Assembly: GCA_964016885.1 (NCBI GenBank)
Contig: OZ024742.1
Location: 189,596,001 to 189,660,000, forward strand
Reading direction: 5' to 3'
DNA length: 64,000 nucleotides
Source: Eledone cirrhosa
Taxonomy: Eukaryota
Shown: positions 1 to 12,169 of the stretch, piece after piece
How the letters are laid out: every line of letters begins with the position of its first letter
Position numbering within the stretch: the first letter of the stretch is position 1
Notes under the pieces: model-generated
Databases searched by the model: none
The model's input: only the letters and a program-made list of their open reading frames with translations
What the model was told of the DNA's origin: nothing
Made by a program: the position numbers and the translations under genes

Positions 1-934
1 TTTTCTGGGTGATTAGGGAAAAGAAATATTAGTGGAAGAAAAGGTTCAACAAATAAAGCAGAGTAAAGTATTTGTTTTAAATATTGGCTAGGACTGTGAA
101 GTTTCCCCAAGGAAAGCTTATTGGTGGAAAAGTATGAAGTGTTTCTATAGAAGTGATTGATGTTTGGTGTGAAATGGAGTAGGTTGAGGAATCTCAGCTG
201 AAATTAGCATACATTAATGTGGGAGGGAGAATTCATATAAACGTATATAGGTAGCATAAAAGAATATGAAATTTACATACAATAATGTGAGATAATAAAG
301 TGAGTTGTTATCATAAAAGGATTTTGAATAAGAGTGTTGAAGGATAGAGGAACAAACAAGGAGGAGAAGAGGGATGGGTTGATCTTATTTTTTCTTTAGA
401 CTGTAGTCATGCTAGGGGACCACATTTAGTAGATTTAATTGATCATATCGACCCCAGTATTTATTGATTCAAGTATTTACGTATTTCATTGATCTCATTT
501 TGCTGAATTTATGTTATTAGACTTAAACCGAGATGCAAGCATAAAGACATGCACACATACACATGCATACATACAAATATACACACACAGATACATTCAT
601 ACACACATACATACACACACAGATACATTCATACACACATACATACACACATACACATACAGACACATATATGATAATATGATTACTGCAACTCAATTTT
701 GAGTAATGCCATTACTTGATACTTAAGCATTAGCATCATGGACATGGATTTTTAGTCCTGCTATGGACTTGCCTATGGCCAGCAATACCATGCATCACAC
801 AAAAATTATGTATCAAGTGGTGTCTATGCTTGAAGCTTTTTTAAGTGAGGAAAGGCTTGCACAGGGCCAATCCCACTCTCTGAACTTTGAATGCTTTTAT
901 CCAAAAAATAGAACTGGTCTACATCATTGGATGC

Positions 935-1112
935 ATACATACATACATGGTGGCTGCCAACTCGTTTTCGAGTACGGCCACTACTTTATATCCATGTAGG
1001 AGAACCCCTACCGATGCGCTGAACGAGTGTGACTTTTTAGTCCAGCCAGCGACTTAAAAACTCTGGTACAAACACTACACCTGTGACAATTATTGACACA
1101 TAGTGCTGGGCC
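935..1112 (-). mobile_element. RTE-type LINE 3' end (C2H2 tail, 3' UTR, (ATGT)n)
   Basis: Minus strand encodes C-x2-C...KSLAGLKSHTRS, then a GTGGC...GCCAC hairpin and an ATGT tail; near-identical to 8140-8315. Confidence 0.7.
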
Positions 1113-1139
1113 CATACATACATACATACATACATACAT

Positions 1140-1572
1140 ACATGCAGAACTGATGAGAAATCTGCAGATACTCCACCCTGATTACACCTTCAGATTTATG
1201 CCTGTGATTATTGGGGCACTGGGATGTTAGTAACTGCCTCAATACAAATCTTGAGAAGCTGGGCTTCACAGGAACAGAAAGAACACAACTAGTTAGGAAA
1301 TTACAAGTACAATCCATTAATGGAACAGTAAAAATATGTAAAACATTCCAAAAATTTTGCATCTAATAACTGCATATACACATGTACAGATACAAAGCAT
1401 ATACACATGCACACATACAACTCAAAACATACACATGCATGCATGCAGACATGCATACATATCTACCTAGTTGATGTTGTGTAAATTCCAATGAGAGAGT
1501 CTTGTGTCTATGTTAGAAACCAACTCTCTCTCTATTGGTAAAACTTTGTGAAATTATAAAACCAGAAGAACA
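1140..1572 (+). mobile_element. 3' fragment of an RLE-type non-LTR retrotransposon within (CATA)n
   Basis: Reads PVIIGALG...LEKLGF...RKLQVQSINGTVKICKTF*, resembling an RLE C-terminus; flanked both sides by (CATA)n; second copy at 8840-9190. Confidence 0.65.
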
Positions 1573-1782
1573 TACATACATACATACATACATACATACA
1601 TACATACATACATACATACATGCATATATATATACAGTCACACAGCCATGCCTGTACTTGTGCTTGTTCAAAGAGAGATAATTCTTAATATTGCATCATT
1701 AGCATGGTAAATTCATAGTGTAAATTAACATGATGTAGTAAACTATATTGTATTAATTAACATTTAGTACATTATATTATAG

Positions 1783-1990
1783 TAAAGGTACATGGCTTAG
1801 TGGTTAGAGCAGTGGGCTTGCAATTGGTAAGTCGTGAGTTTGATTCTCAGACCGGGAGAAATATTGTCTTCTTGAGCAAGACACTTTTTTACCTGGTGCT
1901 CCAGTTTACTCAGCTGTAGAAATGAGTTGTGATATCACTGATGCCAAGTTGTATTGGCCATTGTCTTTTCCTTGGTCAACATCGGTACCA
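1783..1990 (+). mobile_element. tRNA-head CORE-type SINE (diverged)
   Basis: A box TGGCTTAGTGG, B-box-like GAGTTTGATTC, CORE-like CTTGAGCAAGACACTT...CAGCTGTAGAAATGAG. Confidence 0.75.
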
Positions 1991-2590
1991 TGATGGGGAT
2001 TTTGGCCAGCAGAGGTGATAAACACAACATATTTGAGTCATTTTGTAGGCCAGCGGGAGTTCACACCACTGCCCAGCTCAAGCATACTTATTTGTATAGT
2101 AAATATTCAAAAGCATACTAAAAATGTTTGTTTAAAGTTTGTTACTAGTTTGTTATTCTCATTTAGCCTCCTGTTTGTTTGTATCCAGGTTCTTAACATA
2201 TCTCTTTGAATATTTTTTTATAGGGTAGCATATGTTGAAATACCTTCTTAATATTCTAATTCCTATATCCAATTACCCACCATTTTCTGTTTTGTATCCA
2301 ATTACCCACCATTTTCTGTTTTGTTGCTTATCGCTCACCCAGCTGTTGAAATCACCCACCATGGCCACTATTGCCCAGGTGGTGAAACCCTGATCTAAAG
2401 AGACATAATTAGTGGCCACTTTAGCATAGTGGTTAACAAACTTACCAGAAATCCTAGAGATGAGGGGTTTCAAATCTCTGTAGGGACCTCGGTCCACTTT
2501 TTCCATCTGCTAGGTAAATTTACCTAATTTTCTCATCAATTATTTATTGTGACTAACTACTATCATAGTCATTTACATGGGGTCACAGAC

Positions 2591-2624
<34 letters not shown>

Positions 2625-2627
<3 letters not shown>

Positions 2628-2941
2628 TCATTCATTTTTTCATCATTTCATTTTATGTCCGCTTTTCCCTGCTTGCAAGGGTGGGATGGGAACTGATTCT
2701 GGCTTGATTTCTACAGCTGGATGCCCTTCCTAACACCAACCTCATTTACAGTGAGTGCTGGGTGCTATTTTGCCGTGGCACCTTCACGACCACTTTACAG
2801 TGGAATGATATGGACCCTATCATCTCATTTCTACAGCTGAGTAAACTGGAGCAATGTGAAATAAAGTGTCTTGCTCAAGGAAACAACACATCACCCTGTC
2901 TGAGAATTGAACTCATAACCTTTCGATTTCTAGGCCAATGC

Positions 2942-2946
<5 letters not shown>
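2625..2946 (-). mobile_element. SINE family A (tRNA head, CORE, RTE-type tail), 5'-clipped
   Basis: Matches the copies at 13088, 25720, 46455 and 56360. Confidence 0.85.
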
Positions 2947-3012
<66 letters not shown>

Positions 3013-3032
3013 TACATACAAATACACACACG

Positions 3033-3063
<31 letters not shown>

Positions 3064-3219
3064 CCAGTGAGTGTAACTTGGAGTTACTGTAGGTTCACCC
3101 GGGTGAGCACTCGATGTTTAGGTTCACTTCAGTGTCGAGATGTAGAGCTGTACAGAGTGTATTATAGTGAAATAAAATAACAAGGACGATTGGTTACTCC
3201 TTCATTTCGTTTATTGGTT

Positions 3220-3304
3220 GGTGACGCGCGTTTCACAACTGATCAGCTCAAGTTTTGATCTGTATTGATCTAACCCAATTCAGTAAACCACCGCTCATCA
3301 GACC
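3220..3304 (-). ncRNA. Type I hammerhead ribozyme motif
   Basis: Minus strand: GGT CTGATGA GC...GT GAAA CGCGCG TC ACC. Confidence 0.75.
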
Positions 3305-3749
3305 CCTTGTAATGGCAATGGAAAAATGAATATACATGCCATATGATAAAGTTTGATGTTCCTATGGTGGTCAGTGAAGTTTGTTTTGATTGGTCGATTA
3401 ATTAATAGAGATATTTCTGCCTGTAGTGTATGTGTGTGTGTGTATGGGGGGGTGTGATAAGATGGTGGTGCTGGGGCATAGGCTGAAGTGGGTGGCAGTG
3501 TAGGTGTGCTGGTTGTCAGTAAACAGTTTGGCATGTAGGTGTGGCTGAATTTTTGTGTGTGGTGTGGGTATAGTGGTTTTGTGGTTTATGATACTGGATG
3601 AAAGGTTGCGGTGTTTAGGGTGGGGTGATATGTGTGGTAGTGGATTGTTAAGGAGGCCCATGCTATAAGGTGTTAATGTTCTGAATGTATGTAAAAGCAT
3701 ATAGATACATATATACACTCAGCCAAACAAACATATTATATACATACAC

Positions 3750-3785
<36 letters not shown>

Positions 3786-4105
3786 CCAGTGAGGAGGGTG
3801 ATTGCACAAACATACGTACACACAGACACACAAACATGCGTTGTTTAGGGTGGGATGTTAGGCGTGTTATGTGTTGGTCATGTTGATGGTTGTGGATGTA
3901 TGGCGATGTGTTTGGTGGTGGTGGTGGTGGTGGTGGTGGTGATGGGTGCGACATGATATTTACAAGATTGGATCTTACAATGGGTTACATATTAGAGAAG
4001 ACTATGAATTAATCCACCAATCAAAACAAACTTCCCTGACCACCATAGGAACATCAGACTTTCTCATACAGCATCTATATTCATTTTTCTATTACCATTA
4101 CAGGG

Positions 4106-4190
4106 GGTCTGATGAGCCGTGGTTTACAGAGTCAGGTTAGATCGATACAGATCAAACCTTGAGCTGATCAGTGGCGAAACGCGCGTCACC
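4106..4190 (+). ncRNA. Type I hammerhead ribozyme motif
   Basis: GGT CTGATGA GCC...GGC GAAA CGCGCG TC ACC; intact core, GUC site, palindromic stem III, AATAAA at 4195. Confidence 0.85.
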
Positions 4191-4249
4191 AACCAATAAA
4201 CGTAATGAAGGAGCAACCAATCGTCCTAGTTATTTTGTTTCACTATATA

Positions 4250-4465
4250 TATCATCATCATCATCATCATCATCATCGTTTAACGTCCATCTTCCATGCT
4301 AGTATGGGTTAGACGGGTGTTGTGCCACTTGAGGGAAGGTTGGTCGGGTGACCGTGTCTCGCTCATATAGGACTATCTGGCAGGCTTTCTACGGCTGGAT
4401 GCCCTTCCTAACATCAACCACATTTACAGTGTGGAACTGGGAACTTTTTACCGTGTTACCTACAT
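4250..4465 (-). mobile_element. RTE 3' UTR fragment with (TGA)n tail
   Basis: Similar to the 3' UTRs at 11265-11655 and 26990-27270. Confidence 0.7.
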
Positions 4466-4656
4466 GGAAAAGGAAGAACAATTGCATGAATACGCATGTG
4501 CAGAAACAGTCACTTCCCAAAGGGGAAGTAACCCACAATGGATCGGTAAAGGGAAGTGACTGGATACACAGAATAATATATATATATATATCATCGTTTA
4601 ATGTCCATCTTCCACGCTAGCATTATTAGGACTATATATATATATATTTATATATA

Positions 4657-5729
4657 CTAGCAGAGGTACCCGGCGTTGCTCGGGTATTAAATAGCAGTTG
4701 TGTATACCATTTATGTCAATACTTCAGTGCTACTTCTAAAACTATACTTTTACAAAATCATCGGCTTTTTCCAAAAGGAGGTTCCTGGCCCCAGGGTCCC
4801 CTACTCAATATGTGCCAATTCTGAGAGTTCACATTCATCTGTAGAACAAACGTAGCCCATGTGTCAAGTTTTGCGAAAATCGGTTGCGAACTCCTGAAGT
4901 TATGACGTTTTGTTGCATTGCACTGCAGTGCTTCAGTCGACTCCAAGGAAGTGGTTAAAGGGGGTTATCTGCCGGGAGGTCCTATAATCAATATCTGGAA
5001 AAATGAAAGTGCCCATGACCATCCGGAGTACATAAGTAACCTATGTCTTAAGTTTGATGAAAATACTGTAGAAATGCATAAGGTTTATACATGCGCGCGT
5101 GCGTGTGTGTGTGTGTGGGTGTGTATGTATTTGTGTGTGCGTATGTATGTGTATGTCCGTCGGGGCATACGTATGTACTGGCCTAAATCTTCACTATTTA
5201 CTTTTACTATTTTAATAACCTCTGTCATTTTTCGTTTTCAATTTTCTTTACATCATTCTTAAACTCCGGGGCTGGAAATCATTCTGTTATTTTAAATAGA
5301 ATATTAGCCTAACGACTCCATTTATACCATGAACCAAACTTGGTCTTGTCTTTGCATGAAATTGTACTTCCCGGTCCACATAACGACGTATTATCCTCGC
5401 TTTTTTCCCGTTCATTGCCAGGGAACGTCTTCACGAACCAAAATATCGTCTTCCTGTTTTCCTTCGTTTGCAACGTTTCTCGAAATATTTACTTCTGCGT
5501 TCATAGATTACTCTCAGTTCAAGTTGAATGGGAAATTCGTGTTTCATCGATTTTCTCCGTAACCATGGAAGCTTGTAGCTTGACAGTCGACCCAACGCCT
5601 CCTCGGGTCATTCTGCATAACTGTGTAAATTTTCGCTGCATTCCACCAAGCCGTTTCGACGTTTATCCCACTACACCTACTTACTTAAATATACAACATC
5701 CGACCACCACTTCCAATTTATATAGTAGA
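4657..5729 (-). mobile_element. Non-autonomous Helitron
   Basis: Minus strand starts a|TCTACTATATAAA and ends with hairpin CCCGAGCAACGCCGGG then CTAG|t; A/T insertion site. Confidence 0.8.
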
Positions 5730-5731
5730 TA

Positions 5732-5832
<101 letters not shown>

Positions 5833-5887
5833 ATGTGGTTTGATGGCTGAGAGAAAAGAGAACTCAATACCGCACTAGAGTTTTAAT

Positions 5888-6040
5888 ATTCATTTTATTA
5901 GGGTTAAATAGTGAGTCTTGTTATTCTGATGTTTCGCTTGTTTATCATATCACAGGGTCATCAGACAAGATGACCCTATGATAAACAGGCGAAACTGCGA
6001 AGTAACAGGACTTACTATTTAGCCTTAATAAAATGAATGC
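5888..6040. repeat. Fold-back with two degenerate hammerhead motifs
   Basis: Minus: TTGT CTGATGA CCCTG...AAGC GAAA CATCAGAA TA ACAA; plus arm: GATGA CCCT...AGGC GAAA CTGCGAAG TA ACAG. Confidence 0.6.
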
Positions 6041-6049
6041 ACATATATA

Positions 6050-6585
6050 TATCATCATCATCATCATCATCATCATCATCGTTTAACGTCCATCTTCCAC
6101 GCTTGCATGGGTTTGGACGGGAGTTTTCCCACTTGAGGCAAGATTGGTTGTCCTGCTCGTATAGGACTGCCTGGCGGGTTTTCTACGGCTGGATGCCCTT
6201 CCTAACACCAACCACGTTTACAGTGTGGACTGGGAGGTTTTTACCGTGTTACCTACACGGCCACATTACAGCGTGGACTGTGTGTTTTTTCGTCATGACA
6301 CCTACACGTCTGGCGGGTTTTCTACGGCTGGGTGCCCTTCCCAACACCAATCACGTTTACAGTGTGTGCTGGGAGGTTTTTACCGTGTTACCTACACGGC
6401 CACATTACAGCGTGGACTGTGTGTTTTTTTGTCGTGACACCTACACGACCTCATTTGTTTCGGACTGGATGTTGTGGTACCAACACAACTTCACATTTAA
6501 GAGGGTGGTGTGGATGGGGTGTGGGGGGGGGGGTGTATTTTGTTAGAGGTGCCTACTGACTGTAGGTTTCGCTTTGTACTTTATA
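6050..6585 (-). mobile_element. RTE 3' UTR with internal duplication
   Basis: Reverse complement of 11265-11655; about 6170-6310 duplicated at about 6310-6445. Confidence 0.8.
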
Positions 6586-7149
6586 TATATATATATATTA
6601 AATAATGATATATACTACGTAGCTCCCACTTTGAGAACCTCTGAGTTAGTGTCCATATATAACAACTACTTAGACAACATCAAGTGACCAAAGAATCATG
6701 ACTGTTACTGGCCATGCTACATATATTGCATGTCTATATGAGCAAGTAAACTATGGAAGTGGCTGTATTTCAGTGATGCAGTGACACTTTTTAGGTCTGT
6801 TGTCTGTTTGTGGTTCCAAGAGATAAATATAAAAAGAACCACCACTATCATCATCATCATTTATATTAAATGATATTGATCTGTTAATTGATTACTTGGT
6901 GTTGTTAGTGTCCAGTTGTGACTGGCAGTGGACATGTAAACAACCAACAAGTGTTTTAAGGTTTTTCTCAATGAGCTCCCTCAACAACCTTCATACTCAT
7001 CATAGGATCCTTTCTGAGGGAATATTTTATAGCCAGAAGCCCCTTCTTAGCACCAACTCATCAATTCCTACTGCATTCAGGGATGTGGTTTTTCTATTCT
7101 AAACTGTTTTTATATAAAGTTTAGAATGTTTTATATATATATATATAAA

Positions 7150-7437
7150 AAGTCTAAACTCTATCTTAAGCCAGAAGACTCATTTGGCCGGTGCTTATCC
7201 CGGTTCCATGGCGTGAAGCGACTGCGAGTACAAGACTCCCCCCTGGACAGGACGCCTGTCCATCGCAGGGTTAAACCTCCAGCTATTGCTGGTACTCATT
7301 TTCAGCTGAGTAAACTGGAGCAACGTGAAATAAAGCGTCTTGCTCCAGGAAACAACACATCACCCGGTCCGAGAATTGAACTCACAACCTTTCGATTGCA
7401 AGCCTAATGCTCTAACCACTAAGCCATGCACCTTCAC
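7150..7437 (-). mobile_element. tRNA-head CORE-type SINE, different tail
   Basis: Same head and CORE as family A; tail ends TTAGACT; related copy at 47257-47520. Confidence 0.8.
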
Positions 7438-7496
7438 TATATATATATACATATATATATATGTGTGTGTGTAGTTCCACAGTTAATTCACGATTT

Positions 7497-7537
7497 CCGA
7501 GAATAATTGTTTCACCTTATTTGGATCATCAGCTCAG
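7497..7537 (-). ncRNA. Minimal hammerhead motif, left arm of inverted repeat 7473-7857
   Basis: CTGAG CTGATGA T CC AAATAA GG T GAAA CAATTA TT CTCGG. Confidence 0.7.
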
Positions 7538-7789
7538 TTTAAATGAGATTGTACAGAAAAAGAAGAACAATTGCATGAATACGCATGTGCATAAACAGTC
7601 ACTTCCCAAAGGGGAGGTAACCCACAATGGATCAGTGAAGGGAAGTGACTGTGGATACTCAGAATAAAAATAGATTATTGATGTTATTCAGTCCAGAATA
7701 TTATAGATTGTTCATGCTAGTCAGCCTGGAGCTTTGTAATTAGACGTGGACGAAAAATGTCCATTCCTTGAATTTAGACAAGTGTTAAG

Positions 7790-7830
7790 CTAAGCAGATG
7801 ATCTGAATAAGGTGAAACAATTGTTCTCAG
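7790..7830 (+). ncRNA. Minimal hammerhead motif (core mutated), right arm
   Basis: CTAAG CAGATGA T CT GAATAA GG T GAAA CAATTG TT CTCAG. Confidence 0.6.
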
Positions 7831-7929
7831 AAATGGTGAATTAACTTTTGTAGAACTACTTCCACCAAACTCGTCCCACGGGCTGAGTGCTCCACTGCTA
7901 TGGATATAATCCACCAGTGTTCTACTTTA

Positions 7930-8084
7930 TACACATACCTACATACATACATACATACATACATACATACATACATACATACATACATACCTACCTACCT
8001 ACCTACCTACATACATACATACATACATACATATCTACATACATACATACATACATACATACATACATACATACATACATACAT
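7930..8084. repeat. (CATA)n/(CCTA)n microsatellite
   Basis: Direct reading. Confidence 0.95.
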
Positions 8085-8139
8085 AAACCGACTCTCTCTT
8101 TATTGGGAAAAAATTTGTGAAATTATAAAACCAGAAGAA

Positions 8140-8821
8140 CATACATACATGGTGGCTGCCAACTCGTTTTCAAGTACGGCCACTACTTTATATCCATGTA
8201 GGAGAACCCCTACCGATGCGTTGAACGAGTGTGACTTTTTAGTCCAGCCAGCGACTTGAAAACTCTGGTACAAACACTACACTTGTGACAATTATTGACA
8301 CATAGTGCTGGGCCCATGGTACCATGTGACAACAAGTGCAGAGAGATCTCCAGATATAAAGCAATGCCTGTGCCGTGAAGCTTTTATAGTGAGCAAAGGC
8401 ACTGCACAAAGCCAGTCCCACTCTCTTAACCAAGATGATATTTACCAAAAAGAAGAACAAGTCAACATCATTGGATACCATCAGGGTTGCAGGTGTTATA
8501 TCAGAGTTTTCCTTCTCCTAGAATTCTGCCTTGACAAAGGCTAAGGGGTAATCTCTCCCGGTGATTTTGGATGGCCATTGACTCTTAAGAGTTCCTTTGC
8601 CCTTTGACAGGTTTTGTTTTTAGTCCTGCAGGATGTCCAAAGTCACCCTCCTCACCAAGAAACCTTGGTGGGGTTGCCAGTTTAGTCGCCAACGACTCGA
8701 CCATGAGACAGGTTGTATTGGGATACATGTTACCAGTAGCACCAACTGGTGACCTGACATGAAGCGGTGGCCTACCGCATGCCGTCTTCTTCAACCAGCC
8801 CTGACGCCGCCACCGGCGACA
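8140..8821 (-). mobile_element. Short non-autonomous RTE derivative (putative 5' UTR joined to 3' end)
   Basis: GC-rich leader with TAGGAGAAGGAAAACTCTGA, then the C2H2 tail and (ATGT)n; no RT in between. Confidence 0.55.
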
Positions 8822-8839
8822 TACATACATACATACATC

Positions 8840-9190
8840 GTAACTGCTTCAATACAAATCTTGAGAAGCTAGGTTTCATAGGAACAGAAAGAACACAACT
8901 AGTTAGGAAATTACAAGTACAATCCATTAATGAAACAGTAAAAATATGTAAAACATTCCAGAAACTTTGCATCTAATAACTGCATATACACATGTACAGA
9001 TACAAAGCGTATGCACATGCACACATACAACTCAAAACATACACATCCATACCTACACATGCATGCAGACATGAATATATATCTACCTAGTTGATGTTGT
9101 GTAAATTCCAATGAGAGAGTCTTGTGTCTATGTTAGAAACCGACTCTCTGTTTATTGGCAAAAATGTGTGAAATTATAAAACCAGAACAT
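8840..9190 (+). mobile_element. 3' fragment of the (CATA)n-associated RLE element
   Basis: Near-identical to 1230-1572; same 3' junction into CATACATA. Confidence 0.65.
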
Positions 9191-9660
9191 ACATACATAT
9201 AAGTTCGTCTACAAACTAAAAAAATGATCTTGCAATACATTGTGAAAATTTATATTTGTATATGTACACTTGACTAAATTGTCCATTACTTGGAAAATTG
9301 TAGGCACGTAAACCACAAGTCTAATCATTGATATGTTCACCAAGGCTTGAATCAATTATTATATTCCTACACACACACAGACACACAGATAGATATATGC
9401 ATCTGTATGTGTAATATATACAAATAAACATCTATAGCTCAGAATATGGAATTACACATCTTTACTTCTGATTTTCATCAGCAAGCGAGGCCTTGGTATA
9501 TAAATAAACTTATGTTTTCCAAGATACAAACTTTGTTTACATTTCCTTTTTAAATATTTTGTTCAATAAATTATTTTATAAGACAAGTTTTATATTTAGA
9601 CCAGTACTGTGTATTTCGATATATATATACATATATATATATAAATATATATGTATATAC

Positions 9661-9757
9661 GGCTTGTACAGGACTAGAACTGTTTCATTCGAAGGAAATC
9701 ATCAGGAAAGCCCTGATGATTTCCTTCGAATGAAACAGTTCTAGTCCTGTAGAAGCC
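9661..9757. repeat. Small palindrome of two hammerhead cores
   Basis: CTGATGA T TTC CTTC GAA T GAAA CAGTTCTAG TC on both strands; 5' strand of stem I not evident. Confidence 0.65.
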
Positions 9758-9819
9758 ATTTATATATATATATATATACGATATTAAATAAATGGAAACT
9801 ATATTTATAAAACCATATT

Positions 9820-9885
9820 TATTTCATTATACATATTTCAGGGATACCATATTAAAAATATGGCATGCCTTCTTCAGATAAAATA
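9820..9885 (-). ncRNA. Type I hammerhead ribozyme motif
   Basis: Reverse complement of 10029-10094. Confidence 0.8.
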
Positions 9886-10028
9886 CAATATATAAGCAGT
9901 TTTATAAATAAATTTGATGTACCATAAAATATTGATCAACTTCCATTTAAAAAACCAACTTTTTTAAATGGAAGTTGATCAATATTTTATGGTACATCAA
10001 ATTTATTTATAAAACTGCTTATATATTG

Positions 10029-10094
10029 TATTTTATCTGAAGAAGGCATGCCATATTTTTAATATGGTATCCCTGAAATATGTATAATGAAATA
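10029..10094 (+). ncRNA. Type I hammerhead ribozyme motif
   Basis: TATTTTAT CTGAAGA AGG-CATGCCATATT TTT AATATGGTATC-CCT GAAA TATGTA TA ATGAAATA; 8-bp stem I, long stem II. Confidence 0.8.
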
Positions 10095-10311
10095 AATATG
10101 GTTTTATAAATATAGTTTCCATTTGTTTAATATCGTATATCTACTCCAAAACTTGTTGAGTGCTTTATATCAGTTATAAAATATTTACTCATTGTAACCC
10201 AACAATTTTAAATAAACTTTTGCATATATATATATATAATACTGTGGTTACACTTGATTGAACCTGGGATACACACACGCACACACACCCACCCACATAT
10301 ATATACATATA

Positions 10312-10615
10312 ATATAGAGAGGGAAAACACAGGAGAGTGTGTTTTCATTACAGGATTTTAACCACCAGAGTGAAGAGAATATAAGCTAAGAGAGGTGTAG
10401 GAGAAACATAATAATTAAAAGGATAAATTAAAATGAAAAATCTCTTAGTGAGTTTGTAGAAGTGAGATTTAGTTATGAGGTAGGTTTTTCATTTTAATTT
10501 ATCCTTTTAATTATTATGTTTCTCCTATACCTCTCTTAGCTTATATTCTCTTCACGCTGGTGGTTAAAATCCTGTAATGAAAACACACTCTCCTGTGTTT
10601 TTCCTCTCTATATAT
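10312..10615. repeat. Fold-back inverted repeat (arms about 130 bp)
   Basis: 10312-10444 is the reverse complement of about 10480-10612; shares motifs with 18466-18696. Confidence 0.9.
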
Positions 10616-10713
10616 TGTATTTTAGAGTGCCCAGGAAATCTCTTTCCTTTGAGCTCATTGAATTATACATGAGTCCTTTACTCCGTTATTTTACTTGATG
10701 TATATATATATAT

Positions 10714-11657
10714 AGTGGACAGCTTCCGTTACCTGGGTGACAAAATCGGCAGTGGGGGAGGGTGCTCTGAAAGTACAGTAGCTAGAGTCAGAACTGGATG
10801 GAAAAAGTTCAGAGAGCTTATACCACTATTAGCCGCTAAAGGGTTCTCCCTAAAAATGAAAGCAGGCTGTATGATGCCTACATACGAACAGCAATGTTGC
10901 ATGGCAGTGAGACCTGGGCATTGTGTGCAGAGGATATACGCAAACTAGAGAGGAACGAAGCTTGCATGCTCCGCTGGATGTGTAATAGTAACATACGCGA
11001 ACGGCAAAGCATAAACGAACTAAGGGAAAATTAGAAATAAGAGGATCAGATGTTGGTCACGTGATGCGCATGAAAGACGACAGCTGTATAAAAAAGTGCA
11101 GGGCAATAAAGATAGACGGTAGCCACGGAGTAGGCAGACCCAGAAAAACCTGGGACGACCTGCTAAACTCCGACCTCACACACTTACACCTCTCCAAGAC
11201 AATGTCACTGGACCGAGATCTTTGGCGGCACTCAGTAATAGTGAAGACCCGCCTTACCTAAATACAAAGTAAAACCTACTACAGTCAGTAGGCATCTCTA
11301 ACAAAATACACCCCGTCCCATCACCCCCGCCCCATCCACACCGCCCCTTTCAATGTAAAGTTATGTTGGTGCCACAACATCCAGGCCGAAACAAATGAGA
11401 TCGTGTAGGTGTCACGACAAAAAAACACAGTCCACGCTGTAATGTGGCCGTGTAGGCAACACGGTAAAAACCTCCCAGTCCCACACTGTAAATGTGGTTG
11501 GTGTTAGGAAGGGCATCCAGCTGTAGAAAACCCGCCAGACAGTCCTATGCGAGCAAGACAACCACTCTTGCCTCAAGTGGGAAAACTCCCGTCCAAACCC
11601 ATGCAAGCGTGGAACATGGACGTTAAACGATGATGATGATGATAATGATGATGATGA
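10714..11657 (+). mobile_element. 5'-truncated RTE LINE with long 3' UTR
   Basis: DSFRYLGD, GWKKFREL, GRPRKTW motifs with frameshifts; (GAT)n tail. Confidence 0.9.
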
Positions 11658-12169
11658 TATATATATATATTCAAAACAACGAACAGCGGAGGATGCGTTT
11701 CGCACCTTTCCGACAGACAACCTTTCCCCCACCCCGGGAAAAAACCCCAGTTGATGGATGTGAATCCGAAATATATAGGGACAATTAAATCTCTCCCAAG
11801 GTAACTCTCTCTCGTGTTGTTATTTTTATTTTATCCTTTATGCTCTTTCCTTCATTCCTCTACACGTCTTATACATGCCACGCATCTCAACGTACACCCA
11901 CTTACATCTCTCTCTCCACCACCGGATCTTGTTACCCGGAGATTTACCCATTTGCATTGTCGAGGCTTCCAAACGACTTAAAGAAATTTACCATATATAT
12001 ATATAGCTTATAACCTGCCCTTAGAACACTCCTATACTTCTAAAATCTACAAAGATGGACACCATTTTATCTGTTATTATGGCAGGCTGAATTTAGATAG
12101 CATAAAAAACCAATGAAATTTGAGTACCTGAATATGTCACTATTGTAACTGATGATACATAACTCATTC

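Larger units (their letters stand above)
3165..4245. repeat. Inverted repeat pair (about 3165-3405 and 4005-4245), PLE pseudo-LTR-like
   Basis: Arms are diverged reverse complements; each carries an HHR followed by AATAAA. Confidence 0.85.
9774..10140. repeat. Near-perfect fold-back (arms about 180 bp, loop CCAAC)
   Basis: Arms are reverse complements with one mismatch noticed. Confidence 0.95.

Noticed and set aside
11744-11782. Hammerhead-like CCC...GGAT GTGA ATCC GAAA TATA TA GGG
   Set aside because: Stems and GAAA are present but the core reads CAGTTGAT, not CUGANGA; too degenerate to call
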